A DNA stretch of 64,000 nucleotides, taken from positions 800,001 to 864,000 of the forward strand of contig CAWBZV010000005.1 of assembly GCA_963793305.1 (NCBI GenBank), read 5' to 3'. The DNA comes from an uncultured Gemmatimonadales bacterium. GTDB taxonomy: Bacteria; Gemmatimonadota; Gemmatimonadetes; Gemmatimonadales; Gemmatimonadaceae. The position numbers and the translations under genes are program-made. The notes under the pieces are model-generated. The model worked only from the letters and a program-made list of their open reading frames with translations, did no database searches and was not told the origin of the DNA. Within the stretch, counting starts at the first letter, position 1, and the number at the start of each line of letters is the position of its first letter. This document shows positions 28,362 through 38,241 of this stretch, in pieces.

Positions 28362-29633
28362 GTGCGAAGGACAGGCTTGGATGAAACGCCCGCAGAGCCA
28401 GCTGGCGCGATGGATCGACGCCGGGCAGTCGGTGTCGCGGCGGGACTCCTTGGCGGAGTCGTCCTCGGCGGTGCGACGGCGGGTGTGCTGGCCCAGCAGA
28501 CGGTAGCGACGCCTGTCGCACCTGAAGACGCATCGACGATGCCGGGCCTGCCGTCCGGCGCTCTCGGTATCCGCTCGCCATTCGAGACGCCGGCGCTGAC
28601 GCCGATCGGCGTCACGACTGGCGCGTCGTTCTCGCCGCTGCAAAGTATCTCGGGGACGATCACGCCATCCGATCTGCACTTCCAGCGACATCACAACGGC
28701 ATCGCCGTCATCGACCCACGACGGTACAGCCTCACGATCCACGGGCTCGTCGATCGCCCGATGGTGTTCTCGCTCCAGGATCTCCGGCGGTTCCCCGCGG
28801 TGACACGCACGTGCTTCATCGAATGTTCGGGCAACGGGCGCTCAGCGTATCGCACGCCCAAGCCAACGATGACGGCGCAAGATGTGGACGGGCTGACGAG
28901 CAACTCGGAGTGGACCGGCGTGCCGGTCGCGACGTTGTTCAACGAAGTTGGCGTCCAACGGACGGCGAAGTGGATCTTGGCGGAAGGCGGCGACGCGTCG
29001 CGTTTGTCGCGCAGCATTCCACTTGACAAGATGCTCGATGATGCGCTGATCGCGTATGCGCAGAACGGCGAAGCCGTTCGCATGCCCAACGGCTACCCGG
29101 CGCGGTTGCTGCTCCCGGGATACGAGGGCAACATGAACATCAAGTGGATCCGTCGCCTCAAGGCCATCGATCAACCGAACATGTCGAAAGACGAAACCTC
29201 CAAGTACACGGACCCGCTCCCGGACGGGACCGCGCGGCAGTTCAGCTTCATCATGGATGCGAAGTCGATCATTACCTCGCCGTCCTATCCCATGCAGCTC
29301 ACGAGCCATGGCTGGTGGCCGGTGACCGGTCTCGCCTGGACCGGCCGCGGCAAAATCACGCGCGTCGATGTCAGCACTGATGGGGGGCGCAGTTGGACGC
29401 AGGCGGAGCTGGTCGGGCCGGTGCTGCCGATGGCGCACACGCGCTTTCGGCACATGTGGCAGTGGGACGGCACGCCCGCGCGCCTCATGAGCCGGGCGAT
29501 CGACGAGACGGGATACGTGCAACCGACGTTGGAGACGTTTCGCCGCGTGCGCGGAGCCGGCACCGACTACCACTTCAACTCGGTGCGCACGTGGCGGGTC
29601 GACCAGGATGGCCACGTCCTTTTCGAGGGGTGA
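28362..29633 (+). CDS. soxC: Sulfite/sulfane dehydrogenase molybdopterin subunit SoxC
   Basis: Twin-Arg signal; LHFQRHHNG, FIECSGNG, NGYPARLLLPGYEGNMNIKW, SRAIDETGYVQPT. Confidence 0.9.
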   Translation: MRRTGLDETPAEPAGAMDRRRAVGVAAGLLGGVVLGGATAGVLAQQTVATPVAPEDASTMPGLPSGALGIRSPFETPALTPIGVTTGASFSPLQSISGTITPSDLHFQRHHNGIAVIDPRRYSLTIHGLVDRPMVFSLQDLRRFPAVTRTCFIECSGNGRSAYRTPKPTMTAQDVDGLTSNSEWTGVPVATLFNEVGVQRTAKWILAEGGDASRLSRSIPLDKMLDDALIAYAQNGEAVRMPNGYPARLLLPGYEGNMNIKWIRRLKAIDQPNMSKDETSKYTDPLPDGTARQFSFIMDAKSIITSPSYPMQLTSHGWWPVTGLAWTGRGKITRVDVSTDGGRSWTQAELVGPVLPMAHTRFRHMWQWDGTPARLMSRAIDETGYVQPTLETFRRVRGAGTDYHFNSVRTWRVDQDGHVLFEG

Positions 29634-29635
29634 CC

Positions 29636-30253
29636 ATGCGCTCCGCACGTCTCCTCATGTGGTCTGTCGCCACCGCGGCAGTCGCGACTTCGTGCCGCTT
29701 TGCGCCGTCGAGTGAAAAGGCCGCGGGGTTACCGATCGCGGCATTGCCCACGTCACTCCCAGCGCACCTCGACATTGGGCGTCCGGCGACGCCGGCGGAC
29801 ATCGGGCCGATCGATATCGATGCGAATCCAGCCGGTGCGGGGCTGCCGGCCGGGCAGGGCACGTACGCGCTAGGTGCGGTGATCTACACCCGGAAGTGCG
29901 CGGTCTGTCATGGCGCCAACGGCGAAGGGATTGCGCCGGCGCCTCGTCTCATCGGCGCCGAGCCGCGACAGGGTTTCCCGTTCGGGAAAGACTTCGCGAT
30001 TCCGAAGACGATCGGCAACTACTGGCCCTACGCCACGACGCTGTACGATTATGTGCATCGCGCCATGCCGCTCGTCGCACCCGGATCCTTATCGCCGGAT
30101 GAGACCTACGCGCTCGTCGCGTATCTGCTGGCGGAAAACGACGTCATACCGCGCACCGCGGTCATGAACGCGCAGACGCTTCCGAAGGTTCAGATGCCAG
30201 CGCGCACGCATTTCGTACCGGACGATCGCTCAGGCGGCCAGCCGTTTCGGTGA
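29636..30253 (+). CDS. soxD: c-type cytochrome SoxD
   Basis: GLPAGQG, CAVCHG, KTIGNYWPYATTLYDYVHRAMP, VQMPAR. Confidence 0.85.
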   Translation: MRSARLLMWSVATAAVATSCRFAPSSEKAAGLPIAALPTSLPAHLDIGRPATPADIGPIDIDANPAGAGLPAGQGTYALGAVIYTRKCAVCHGANGEGIAPAPRLIGAEPRQGFPFGKDFAIPKTIGNYWPYATTLYDYVHRAMPLVAPGSLSPDETYALVAYLLAENDVIPRTAVMNAQTLPKVQMPARTHFVPDDRSGGQPFR

Positions 30254-30280
30254 ACGCGGAAGGGTAGATTCATCCCGTCG

Positions 30281-30489
30281 TCGGCCCGTTTGTTGGTCCG
30301 TTTCTCTCGACAAACTCCGTCATCCGGGGCAGGGAACCACGGCACCGATGCCCGGTTCTCCTCTGAACGCCGTCAAGTTGACGGACTTCGATATGATCGT
30401 AACTTGGTTTGCAACCAGGAGGTCAGGGGTTCGATCCCCCTCCGCTCCATGGACTTAAGTTTTGGTTGGCCTGTTTCTCGGCCCGTTTC
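30281..30489 (+). repeat. attP-like junction copy 2
   Basis: Arm repeats TCGGCCCGTTTG/TTGGTCCGTTTC (30281-30304) and TTGGCCTGTTTC/TCGGCCCGTTTC (30466-30489) around the same core as copy 1. Confidence 0.9.
30403..30449 (+). tRNA. tRNA-Ala(TGC) 3' fragment only (att core)
   Basis: Identical to 10771-10817; 5' half absent. Confidence 0.85.
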
Positions 30490-30649
30490 TACCGAACGGC
30501 CACGCGCGATCGATCACTGCCACGTCGCGCACTGTCCGGTCCTCGTTCGTGACCAACTCGGTCGCCTGAGCCTCGGCGTTCCGTGCACGGTTTCCGTCTC
30601 ATGCCGATGGCGAGGCGTGACGTTTCAAACCGCAAACCGTCGCTCGGGC

Positions 30650-31774
30650 ATGGCCGCACGGTATGTCGTTATTGTCTTGGCGGTTGGATGCTCGATCGGA
30701 TGCGCCAATGCGCCGAGCGCCATCTTCGGCGGCGTGGCGGACAGTGCCTACATCGGTTTTGCGATCCCGATAGCGGATACCGGGAACGGATCCGCCATCG
30801 CCCCGTATGCGAACGGCGCCCGCCTCGGACTGGACCAGCTGAACGCCACACGCCCTCGAGGTGCACGACCGCTGGCCCTGCGGTTGCCACGGCGTGGGCT
30901 GAGCGACCTCGCACTCGCGGTGGCATTCCGCGACGATCCCACGATCATCGGCGTGATTGGCCATCTGGGCAGCGGGCCCACCATGGCGGCGGCGCCGGTG
31001 TACGCGGACATCGAACACGATGGACGGCACGCCTTGGTTGCCGTCGCGCCCACGTCGACCAATCCGCGCGTCACACAAACGACCCACTGGGTCTTCCGCG
31101 TGTGCCCGACGGACGACGATGGCGCACGGGCGGTCGCGCGGTATGTCGCCGTGTCACTGCATCTGACACGGGTCGCGATCCTCTACCAGGATAATTTGTT
31201 CGGGCGCGGGTACTGGACGTCCGTCACCAGGGAGCTCGCCGCGCACGGCGTGACGGTGTTGGAGCACGACCCCTACGTCAGCAACATCAGCGGATATGAT
31301 GCCTATGCGACGCGGCTGACGCGCCGCGGCGCCGAGGCGATCATCATGGCCGGCGAGTACTCGGACGTGCTCCCGATCATTCGTGAGGCCCGTCGCCAAG
31401 GCAGTCGCGCCGCGCTCATCGGCGGTGACGCGTTCTCCGGCATGGGATCCGTGCCCGTGCTGGCGAAGGAATTCGCGGGCTTGCGATACACGACGTTCTA
31501 CGATCCGACCGATTCGTCCTCGGCCACTCGCGCGTTCGCCGAGGCGTATCGACGGCGATTCGGCGTGCCGGCGGAACCGGGGGCCGCGCTCGCGTACGAT
31601 GCCGCCACGGTGATCGGGAGAGCCGAGCTCGCGGTCGGGCCGAATCGCGCGCGCATCCGCGACTGGATCGCGCACGCGCCGCCGTTGGCGGGAGCAACGG
31701 GCACCATACGGTTCGCGCCGAACCGCGGCGACCCAATCGACAAGCAGGTCGAGATGGCCGAGTTGCATCCGTGA
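30650..31774 (+). CDS. Branched-chain amino acid ABC-type substrate-binding protein (LivK-like)
   Basis: GVIGHLGSG, TSTNPRVT...WVFRVCPTD, ALAYDA, GATGTIRF. Confidence 0.85.
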   Translation: MAARYVVIVLAVGCSIGCANAPSAIFGGVADSAYIGFAIPIADTGNGSAIAPYANGARLGLDQLNATRPRGARPLALRLPRRGLSDLALAVAFRDDPTIIGVIGHLGSGPTMAAAPVYADIEHDGRHALVAVAPTSTNPRVTQTTHWVFRVCPTDDDGARAVARYVAVSLHLTRVAILYQDNLFGRGYWTSVTRELAAHGVTVLEHDPYVSNISGYDAYATRLTRRGAEAIIMAGEYSDVLPIIREARRQGSRAALIGGDAFSGMGSVPVLAKEFAGLRYTTFYDPTDSSSATRAFAEAYRRRFGVPAEPGAALAYDAATVIGRAELAVGPNRARIRDWIAHAPPLAGATGTIRFAPNRGDPIDKQVEMAELHP

Positions 31775-31825
31775 GCAAGCGAGTACAGGAAATCACGCCG
31801 CGATGACGGCTCATCAGACGGCATC

Positions 31826-31996
31826 ATGGCGACACTTGGTGGGACGAGGAGCGGCGCGACCGGTATCAATGCTTCCGGTGTGGTAACGGGCTATAGCACG
31901 TTGAGCGGCGACGCCGGAACTGACGTGTTCCGTTGGAATGGCGCGATGACGGCCCTGACCATACCCCCCGCGCTCGACTCCGCGTACCCGAATTAG
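31826..31996 (+). pseudogene. HAF-type extracellular repeat fragment
   Basis: TLGGTRSGATGINASGVVTGYS...VFRWNGAMTAL, a single repeat unit. Confidence 0.45.
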
Positions 31997-32027
31997 TCGG
32001 CAGCCACGTCGACCAACGGCGCCGCGG

Positions 32028-33431
32028 TTAGTGCCAAGTAGGCGACATCACCGTGCCAGTATAGAAGAGCGGGATCACGAGGCCCGAGGTCGCGTTGACG
32101 ATCGTGATCTTGCCCGTCGGTCCGCGCCCAATGACCCACTGACCGTCAGGCGACCAGTCGATCTGCGGGGCCCACCGCCCCGTGGCGATGGTCACCTGGC
32201 CCGATCCGTCGCTGTGAACGGTGGCCAAGTTGGAATTGCCATCCACGTAGGCGATGACGTTCGACGTCGGCGACCACGCGGCGGACATAGCCACCACACC
32301 GAGATCCGTCGCGGCGCCGGTCGAGAGCGTCAGCACCTTGAGCTCACCCGGAAAATTGTAGCTCGCGACGTAGGCGAGTTGTGTAGCATTGGACGAAGGG
32401 CTCGGGTACTGCATCGATTCCGGCGACTGCATGAACACGAGCGAGTCGCGATTTCCGTTCGGATGCACGTGCCATAGCGGCGTCGGCGCCCAGCCCATCG
32501 CGTAGTACACCCTGGTGCCATCTCGCGAATACGTCGGAAACGCGAGGCCGTTGCTCGAGCTGGCGAGCGTCGATACCTGACCGCCCAGCGTCAGCTTCGA
32601 GATGACATACGGCGGCCCGGACAACGGTTGATCGTACACCAGCGCTGTACCGTCCGGAGACCACTTGACCTCGTTCACGTACGTGGTGATCTGCTCTGTG
32701 TAGCGCGAGCCGTCCGCGTTGAACGTGAAAATCCCGGCCGCGTCGCCGGCGGCCGCGATCATTCCCTTCGGCACGCCGTAGACGATGGTAGTGTCTTGCA
32801 AGGCGCCAACCGTCCCGCGGATCGCGATCGGGCCGTATCCCGTGACGCTCACCGTGGACCCCGAGAGCGTCCCCGGGCCGGAGAGCAGTGCGTATCTCAC
32901 GGTATCCGCGGTTGGGTTCTGATAGGTGTCGAGGCCGGTGTTCTCGAGCGCGATCGCGTTCCCGACGTAGGCCGCCGTATCGAGCGGCAACGCTTCGAGC
33001 GTGACTGCGTGGCCCGCGTTGACGGTGAACTGCGCTGTGTCGGCGTACCCATATGCCGGGGCGGACACCGCGATCCGCCCAATACCGGTGGAGACGCCGA
33101 GGACGATCGTCATCCGGGCAACACCCGAGGCGTCCGTGGTTGCCGTCGCAGATGCTTGCCGATAGGTCGCTCCCGGCGGCAGCATGAAGGCTCGGTAGGC
33201 CGAACTGACAAACGGTATGGACGCGAACTGGACCTCCTGGTTCGCGACGGATTGTCCGGGGGACAGTCTGGAGAGCCTTACCACAAGTGGCTGCCCCAGT
33301 ACGGTCTCGATGGTGTCCGACTGGCGGTTGCCGGAGTCGAAACTCAACGGGGTTCGCCCAGGCGGAGCGGTCGAACCGCTACAGCCCAAGGCCGCGATGG
33401 CCACGGTACAAATGGTCAGGCGTATGTGCAT
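32028..33431 (-). CDS. Lipoprotein with Ig-like domains and TolB/PD40 beta-propeller
   Basis: Lipobox ALGC; TTDASGVA; repeated WSPDG/YSRDG. Confidence 0.8.
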   Translation of the reverse strand: MHIRLTICTVAIAALGCSGSTAPPGRTPLSFDSGNRQSDTIETVLGQPLVVRLSRLSPGQSVANQEVQFASIPFVSSAYRAFMLPPGATYRQASATATTDASGVARMTIVLGVSTGIGRIAVSAPAYGYADTAQFTVNAGHAVTLEALPLDTAAYVGNAIALENTGLDTYQNPTADTVRYALLSGPGTLSGSTVSVTGYGPIAIRGTVGALQDTTIVYGVPKGMIAAAGDAAGIFTFNADGSRYTEQITTYVNEVKWSPDGTALVYDQPLSGPPYVISKLTLGGQVSTLASSSNGLAFPTYSRDGTRVYYAMGWAPTPLWHVHPNGNRDSLVFMQSPESMQYPSPSSNATQLAYVASYNFPGELKVLTLSTGAATDLGVVAMSAAWSPTSNVIAYVDGNSNLATVHSDGSGQVTIATGRWAPQIDWSPDGQWVIGRGPTGKITIVNATSGLVIPLFYTGTVMSPTWH

Positions 33432-33609
33432 GGTTGCTAAACTACAGTAGTCTCGAACGACGGCAATGATCGCGCGCCGCTACGTGCGGTCCATGTTGAC
33501 GCCGCCCATCGAGGAATTGCAGCCTTCGGTGGACGGGATGCCGGGGTACGGCCTTACCGGAGGATCGCACCTGGCTCATCAAGCGTCGCCACGAAGCAGA
33601 CGCGGCGAC

Positions 33610-35334
33610 ATGCAGATCGATAATATATACCTCATTCCCGGAGCGGTCGTGCGCGGATCGTCAGCGTTGTTCGCATCGATACTGTCCGCCCAACTCAGTC
33701 TCGCCGCTGGAGCGGCGGCGCAGCAAGCGCTCGTCACGCTGGCGCCCTCGGCCGCGGCCGAACCGATGACCGGTCGGCTCTTCGTCATTTTCGCGCGTAC
33801 CGATGATCGCGAACCGCGCTTCCTTGCCGGCAGCTACACCGGCAGCGTGCCTTTCTACGGAATGGACGTGAGTGCATGGAAGCCCGGGACGACGATCCGT
33901 GTCGGGGCCAATGTGCTCGGCTTCCCGTTCGATAACCTCACGCAGATGCCGGCGGGCGACTACTACGTCCAGGCGTTGCTCAATGTCTATACCCAGTATC
34001 ATCGCGCGGATGGTCATAGTGTCTGGGTCCACGCCGATCAGTGGGAAGGGCAGCACTGGGCGGTATCGCCCGGAAACCTCGTGAGCGAGGTCGTGAAGGT
34101 TCACTTCGACCCGAAAGCGCGCACAGCGGTTCAACTGGTGTTGACGAAGAGACTGCCGCCGCTCGTGCCACCAGCCGACACGCGGTGGGTGAAACACGTC
34201 AAGATTCAAAGCGAACGCCTGTCGAAGTTCTGGGGGGCACCGGTGTACATCGGCGCGACTGTTCTCGTTCCCAGGGACTTCGACGATGCGTCCAGCCGTC
34301 GCTACCCCGCGGTGTACATCCAAGGGCACTTCGGACTCGCGGCCCCGTTCGGCTTCACCGAAACCGCAGATGGACGAGGCGCCGTAGGAGGCCGCCCGCG
34401 GGGCGTTGACACCGTGTGGGACGCGACACCAACGTCGGCGCGCGAGAGCGGCGACGAATTTGCGACGTCATGGATGCGCGACGACTTTCCGCGCTTCGTC
34501 GCGATCACATGGCAGCATCCGACGCCGTATTACGACGACTCGTACGCCGTGAACTCGGTCAACAATGGCCCCTATCAAGATGCGTTGTTACTCGAGCTTG
34601 TCCCCGAGCTCGAGCGTCGTTTCCATCTCATCCCGGAAGCGAATGCGCGGTTCCTGACGGGCGGATCGACCGGCGGCTGGGAGTGTGCGGCGCTGCAGAT
34701 TCAGCGTCCGGATTTCTTCGGCGGTGCGTGGTGCTTGTACCCCGATCCGGTCGACTTTCGGCGTAACCAAACGGTGAACATCTACGCCGACTCGAACGCC
34801 TTCTATCCCAATAACGCACAAGCGCCGGTGCCCGAACGGTCGATGAGTCGCACAACCGAAGGCCAGGATCTGCTCTCGTTTCGCTTCATGAGCCGCCTCG
34901 AAGCCGTCCTCGGAGACAAGGCGCGCAGTGGTCAACAATACGACGCATGGGACGCGGCGTATGGGCCTATCGACGCCGAGGGGTATCCGCGACGCCTGTG
35001 GGATCGACAGACAGGCGTGATTGACAAGGAGGTCGCGGCGTATTGGCGCGACCACGGGGACGATCTCACGTGGTACCTGCGACAGAATTGGCCTCGCGTC
35101 GGCCCGTTGGTCGCCGGCAAGCTCCATGTCTATGTCGGTGACATGGACAACTACTATTTGAATCTCGGCGTGTACCTCATGGAGCAGGAGACGGCAAAGC
35201 TCGACAATCCGAAGGCGGATTTTACGTTCGAGTACGGCCGGCCGATGAAGCCACACGGCTGGCAGCCGTTCACGAACGCGCAGCTGATACGGATGATGGA
35301 CGCGTTTCGACAAACTCGAACGACAACTCAGTGA
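33610..35334 (+). CDS. Exported alpha/beta hydrolase (esterase family)
   Basis: LTGGSTGGW nucleophile motif; YAVNSVNNGPY; start uncertain. Confidence 0.8.
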   Translation: MQIDNIYLIPGAVVRGSSALFASILSAQLSLAAGAAAQQALVTLAPSAAAEPMTGRLFVIFARTDDREPRFLAGSYTGSVPFYGMDVSAWKPGTTIRVGANVLGFPFDNLTQMPAGDYYVQALLNVYTQYHRADGHSVWVHADQWEGQHWAVSPGNLVSEVVKVHFDPKARTAVQLVLTKRLPPLVPPADTRWVKHVKIQSERLSKFWGAPVYIGATVLVPRDFDDASSRRYPAVYIQGHFGLAAPFGFTETADGRGAVGGRPRGVDTVWDATPTSARESGDEFATSWMRDDFPRFVAITWQHPTPYYDDSYAVNSVNNGPYQDALLLELVPELERRFHLIPEANARFLTGGSTGGWECAALQIQRPDFFGGAWCLYPDPVDFRRNQTVNIYADSNAFYPNNAQAPVPERSMSRTTEGQDLLSFRFMSRLEAVLGDKARSGQQYDAWDAAYGPIDAEGYPRRLWDRQTGVIDKEVAAYWRDHGDDLTWYLRQNWPRVGPLVAGKLHVYVGDMDNYYLNLGVYLMEQETAKLDNPKADFTFEYGRPMKPHGWQPFTNAQLIRMMDAFRQTRTTTQ

Positions 35335-35497
35335 CGACCGGGGACGATGCGGACTCGCTATTGGCGATCCGCATCGTCGTTACGGGTGCGGCATCACCCA
35401 CAGCGTCGGCGGCGCGCGAAATTCGTATCCCTGCGGCGCGGACAGCCGCTCCGGATCCACCCGGTATGTCTACGACTTCGACGTTACCTTTTGGCCG

Positions 35498-36145
35498 ATG
35501 ACCACATTGCGGCACGCGTATCACCTCGCGGACGCGGAGAATTGGCCGCTGATCCAGCGGGATGGCCTCCTCAGCACGAACGCGCTCATTGCGCGCGATG
35601 AGCTTCGTGGGAAGAGCGCCGAGCCGTATCGCTCGTACCGAAGCGAGCGCATGCAATTGCCATCGGGCGCGTGGATCCGGGACCAGCGCCCCATGCCGCC
35701 CGCCGCGCTCGCCCGCTGCTTGGATGCAGATCTCGACCCCGATGCCTGGTATGCGCTCGTCAATGCCAAGGTGTTCTTCTGGCTATCGGTCGCCCGTCTC
35801 GACCGGCATCGCGCCGCTTGCGGTCGTCGTCCGCAGGGCATCCTCGTCATCGATGTGCCCGCGTTGTTGGCGCGCCACGGCGCTCGGACATCGGTGACGC
35901 CGTTCAACGTCGGCAACGCCATGCGCCGCGCCGCCTCGCGCGGCAAGCGCACGTTCGTCCCGATAGAGGAGTGGCGCGCCACGGGGTGGTTGGCGGAACG
36001 GCGTGCGGGCGAGCCGATGCGCCCGCGGAGTCACGCGCCGGCGGAGCTCGCGATCGAGTACGGCGTGCCGGATATCATGGACTTCGTCGTGAGCTGCACG
36101 ACGAGCCGCGTAAAGCCGCGCGCGGTGTCTCGGGCATGGCAGTGA
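35498..36145 (+). CDS. DUF7002-like protein with DarT/ART-like motifs
   Basis: AYHLADAENWPLIQRDGLLS, IRDQRPM, KVFFW, PAELAI. Confidence 0.6.
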   Translation: MTTLRHAYHLADAENWPLIQRDGLLSTNALIARDELRGKSAEPYRSYRSERMQLPSGAWIRDQRPMPPAALARCLDADLDPDAWYALVNAKVFFWLSVARLDRHRAACGRRPQGILVIDVPALLARHGARTSVTPFNVGNAMRRAASRGKRTFVPIEEWRATGWLAERRAGEPMRPRSHAPAELAIEYGVPDIMDFVVSCTTSRVKPRAVSRAWQ

Positions 36146-36250
36146 CCCAACTCTTCACGGCACTTCGCGTTCACCACCCCACGCATGCAGTCGGCTACGT
36201 GGGACCCGACGACCAATGTGTTGTCGTGGTCGACCCTCCTCCGCTCCACG

Positions 36251-36772
36251 TCACGAGCCGAGGTGCCAAAAGGGGTTGATCCAACGTCCGTCGCGCAGCA
36301 CGAATATCTCGGTCGAGTGGCCACCGTGCGTCTCGTGGGATCCGTGCATCGTCGTCTCGACGTGGTACGTCGAATAGACGACAGCGACATCGCCCATCAT
36401 TTGGATTTCCGTGGTGGGAAACTCCAGCGCGCTGAGCGCGCCGCCCGCCGATGCGAAACGGGCTGCGTCGGAGAGGATCTGCGTACGATCGGTCCAGCGC
36501 TGGCTGGCCCCGTCTTCCTGGCCCGCGGCCACGGACTCGGGCAAGAGCAGGCGAAGTTGCGCGGTATCGTTCGCGAACCAGGCGCGCCAGATCGCGTCCC
36601 GCGCGGTCAGGATCGCGCCTGCCGTCGCGGAATCCGGCGTCGTGCTCAGCGAAGCGGCGGGGCTCGTTCGCTTCGTACAGCCGACGACCGCTAGTATCGC
36701 GAGGTACTTGATGGCATGGCGCGTTGTCACTCGGCGCATCATGCGGTTCCGAGCCGTTGCAGGCAAGCGCAA
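36251..36772 (-). CDS. NTF2-like/DUF4440 lipoprotein
   Basis: VVGC lipobox; GDVAVVYSTY...TEIFVLRDGRWINPFWH. Confidence 0.75.
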   Translation of the reverse strand: MRLPATARNRMMRRVTTRHAIKYLAILAVVGCTKRTSPAASLSTTPDSATAGAILTARDAIWRAWFANDTAQLRLLLPESVAAGQEDGASQRWTDRTQILSDAARFASAGGALSALEFPTTEIQMMGDVAVVYSTYHVETTMHGSHETHGGHSTEIFVLRDGRWINPFWHLGS

Positions 36773-36888
36773 TTCAGCCAGCGGTCGGCCACGCGCAGCA
36801 GACGGTCAGGTACGCGCGATAGGACGAACCAACCTCGCATACCGTGGGATACGAGTCCCATGAGTGATACTCTTGGGCTCCGGATGCC

Positions 36889-38122
36889 TCACGGTATCTC
36901 GATCGGCGCCGTCCACCGAAATGGCCCCCACGCCATCATGAGCCCACCGCGAACCCTGCTGTTCGAGACGATAGAAATTGTGAACTCCTCGACCGGTGTC
37001 GCGAGCGTGTCCACCATCATGGGCGCTTTGCCCAGGTCCTTCGAGCCATCGTACTCGGTGCCCCACTGCCCGGTTTCTCGATTGACAATCAAGTCGGCGC
37101 CGTTCGCGCGCGGAACGGTCCACAACGTGTACATCCCGGCAGGCACCCGTATGCCCGCGAGTGTGAGAGGCGCCGATGTCGTGAACTGCGTGGCCGCGTT
37201 GGCCCCCGTACGCCACACACGGTCATAGGGAAGGATGTTTCCCAACAACGCGCGACCGCGTACGAGGGGACGGCCATAGTCGATGACGAAGGTCGCATCG
37301 CCGATGCGAGCGCGCAGGGTGTCCCGCACGCTCAGCGCCCTCACTCCGCTCTTCGCCTCGGCCGCCTCGAACCGCTCGGCGGCAGCCGGGACGTTCAGGC
37401 GGCGTCGTGAGTCGGCTCACGTCTACCTTATACGTCGTCCGGGCGCCCGAGTAACTGAGCATGTGGTCGGCTGAGTCGAAGGTCGCCTCTCCGGTCCCGG
37501 CCAGCCAATCGTGCTCGATCTCCGCCCTCCCGCCCGGGAGCAGTCGCACCACGCCATGACCCAGCGGGAACCGGTCGAACTCCCGGTCGATGTAAAACTG
37601 CCGCATCGGTTCCGTGTCACCGGACGCTCGCTTCGACAATCCGGCGCGCTTCAATGCCGCGGCGAAATACAGCTCATACAGGCTGTACATTTGCGGGAGG
37701 TGCCCCATGGCCGTGCCGCCGTCTGTGGCGAACGCGCGCTGTATCGTACCCGTTGCATCCTTCTTCGAGAGGTGCACGGAATCCCGTGTCACGTCGACGA
37801 CAACTTGACGGTGTCGTTGCTTCGCCGGCTCGCTCGGCGTGTCAATCTGCATGACGAGATGCCGGATGCTGCCGTCAGGCCCGAGCTCGATCTGAGTGTG
37901 CCGCACGCGCACTGGCGGGAACCGGTCGACCTCATCGCTGATCTCCGTGTTGCCGCTGCGCGTGACGCTCTCGATGGAGAGGGTATCGTCGCCGAGGCGC
38001 GCGATGAAACCGTAGCGTTCAGCGGGCGGGGCGGTGCTGCAAGCAACGATCAGTAGCGTGGCAACAGCAACGCAGCGCGCGGCCAGGCGTCCGCCCGCTT
38101 CCAGTGGATTGGGTTCGCTCAT
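36889..38122 (-). CDS. DUF2911-domain lipoprotein, +1 frameshift at ~37394
   Basis: IVAC lipobox; C-terminal YGRPLVRGR...VWRTGANAAT; removing one A (GAAC to GAC) joins the frames. Confidence 0.8.
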
Positions 38123-38241
38123 ACCGGACGTTAGATTCGGCCACCGGTCCAGTATTGGAGAAATCGGACCTCGAGAACGAGATAGGGTCATGGCACCGGG
38201 GCGCCCATGCCCGGTCTTCGCGACGATACGAGGAACCCATC

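Larger units (their letters stand above)
10771..30449. mobile_element. Putative integrated genomic island/cassette bounded by tRNA-Ala att cores
   Basis: Flanked by direct-repeat att junctions; contains a TA-like pair, accessory metabolic loci and an integrase remnant. Confidence 0.7.

Noticed and set aside
10649..30489. CRISPR array or IS terminal repeats
   Set aside because: Only two long direct copies 19.6 kb apart; no spacers, cas genes, transposase or inverted orientation.
30290..30649. N-terminal extension of ORF 30290..31774 (likewise ORF 10476..10826)
   Set aside because: Read-through across the att/tRNA repeat; the real binding protein starts at ATG 30650.
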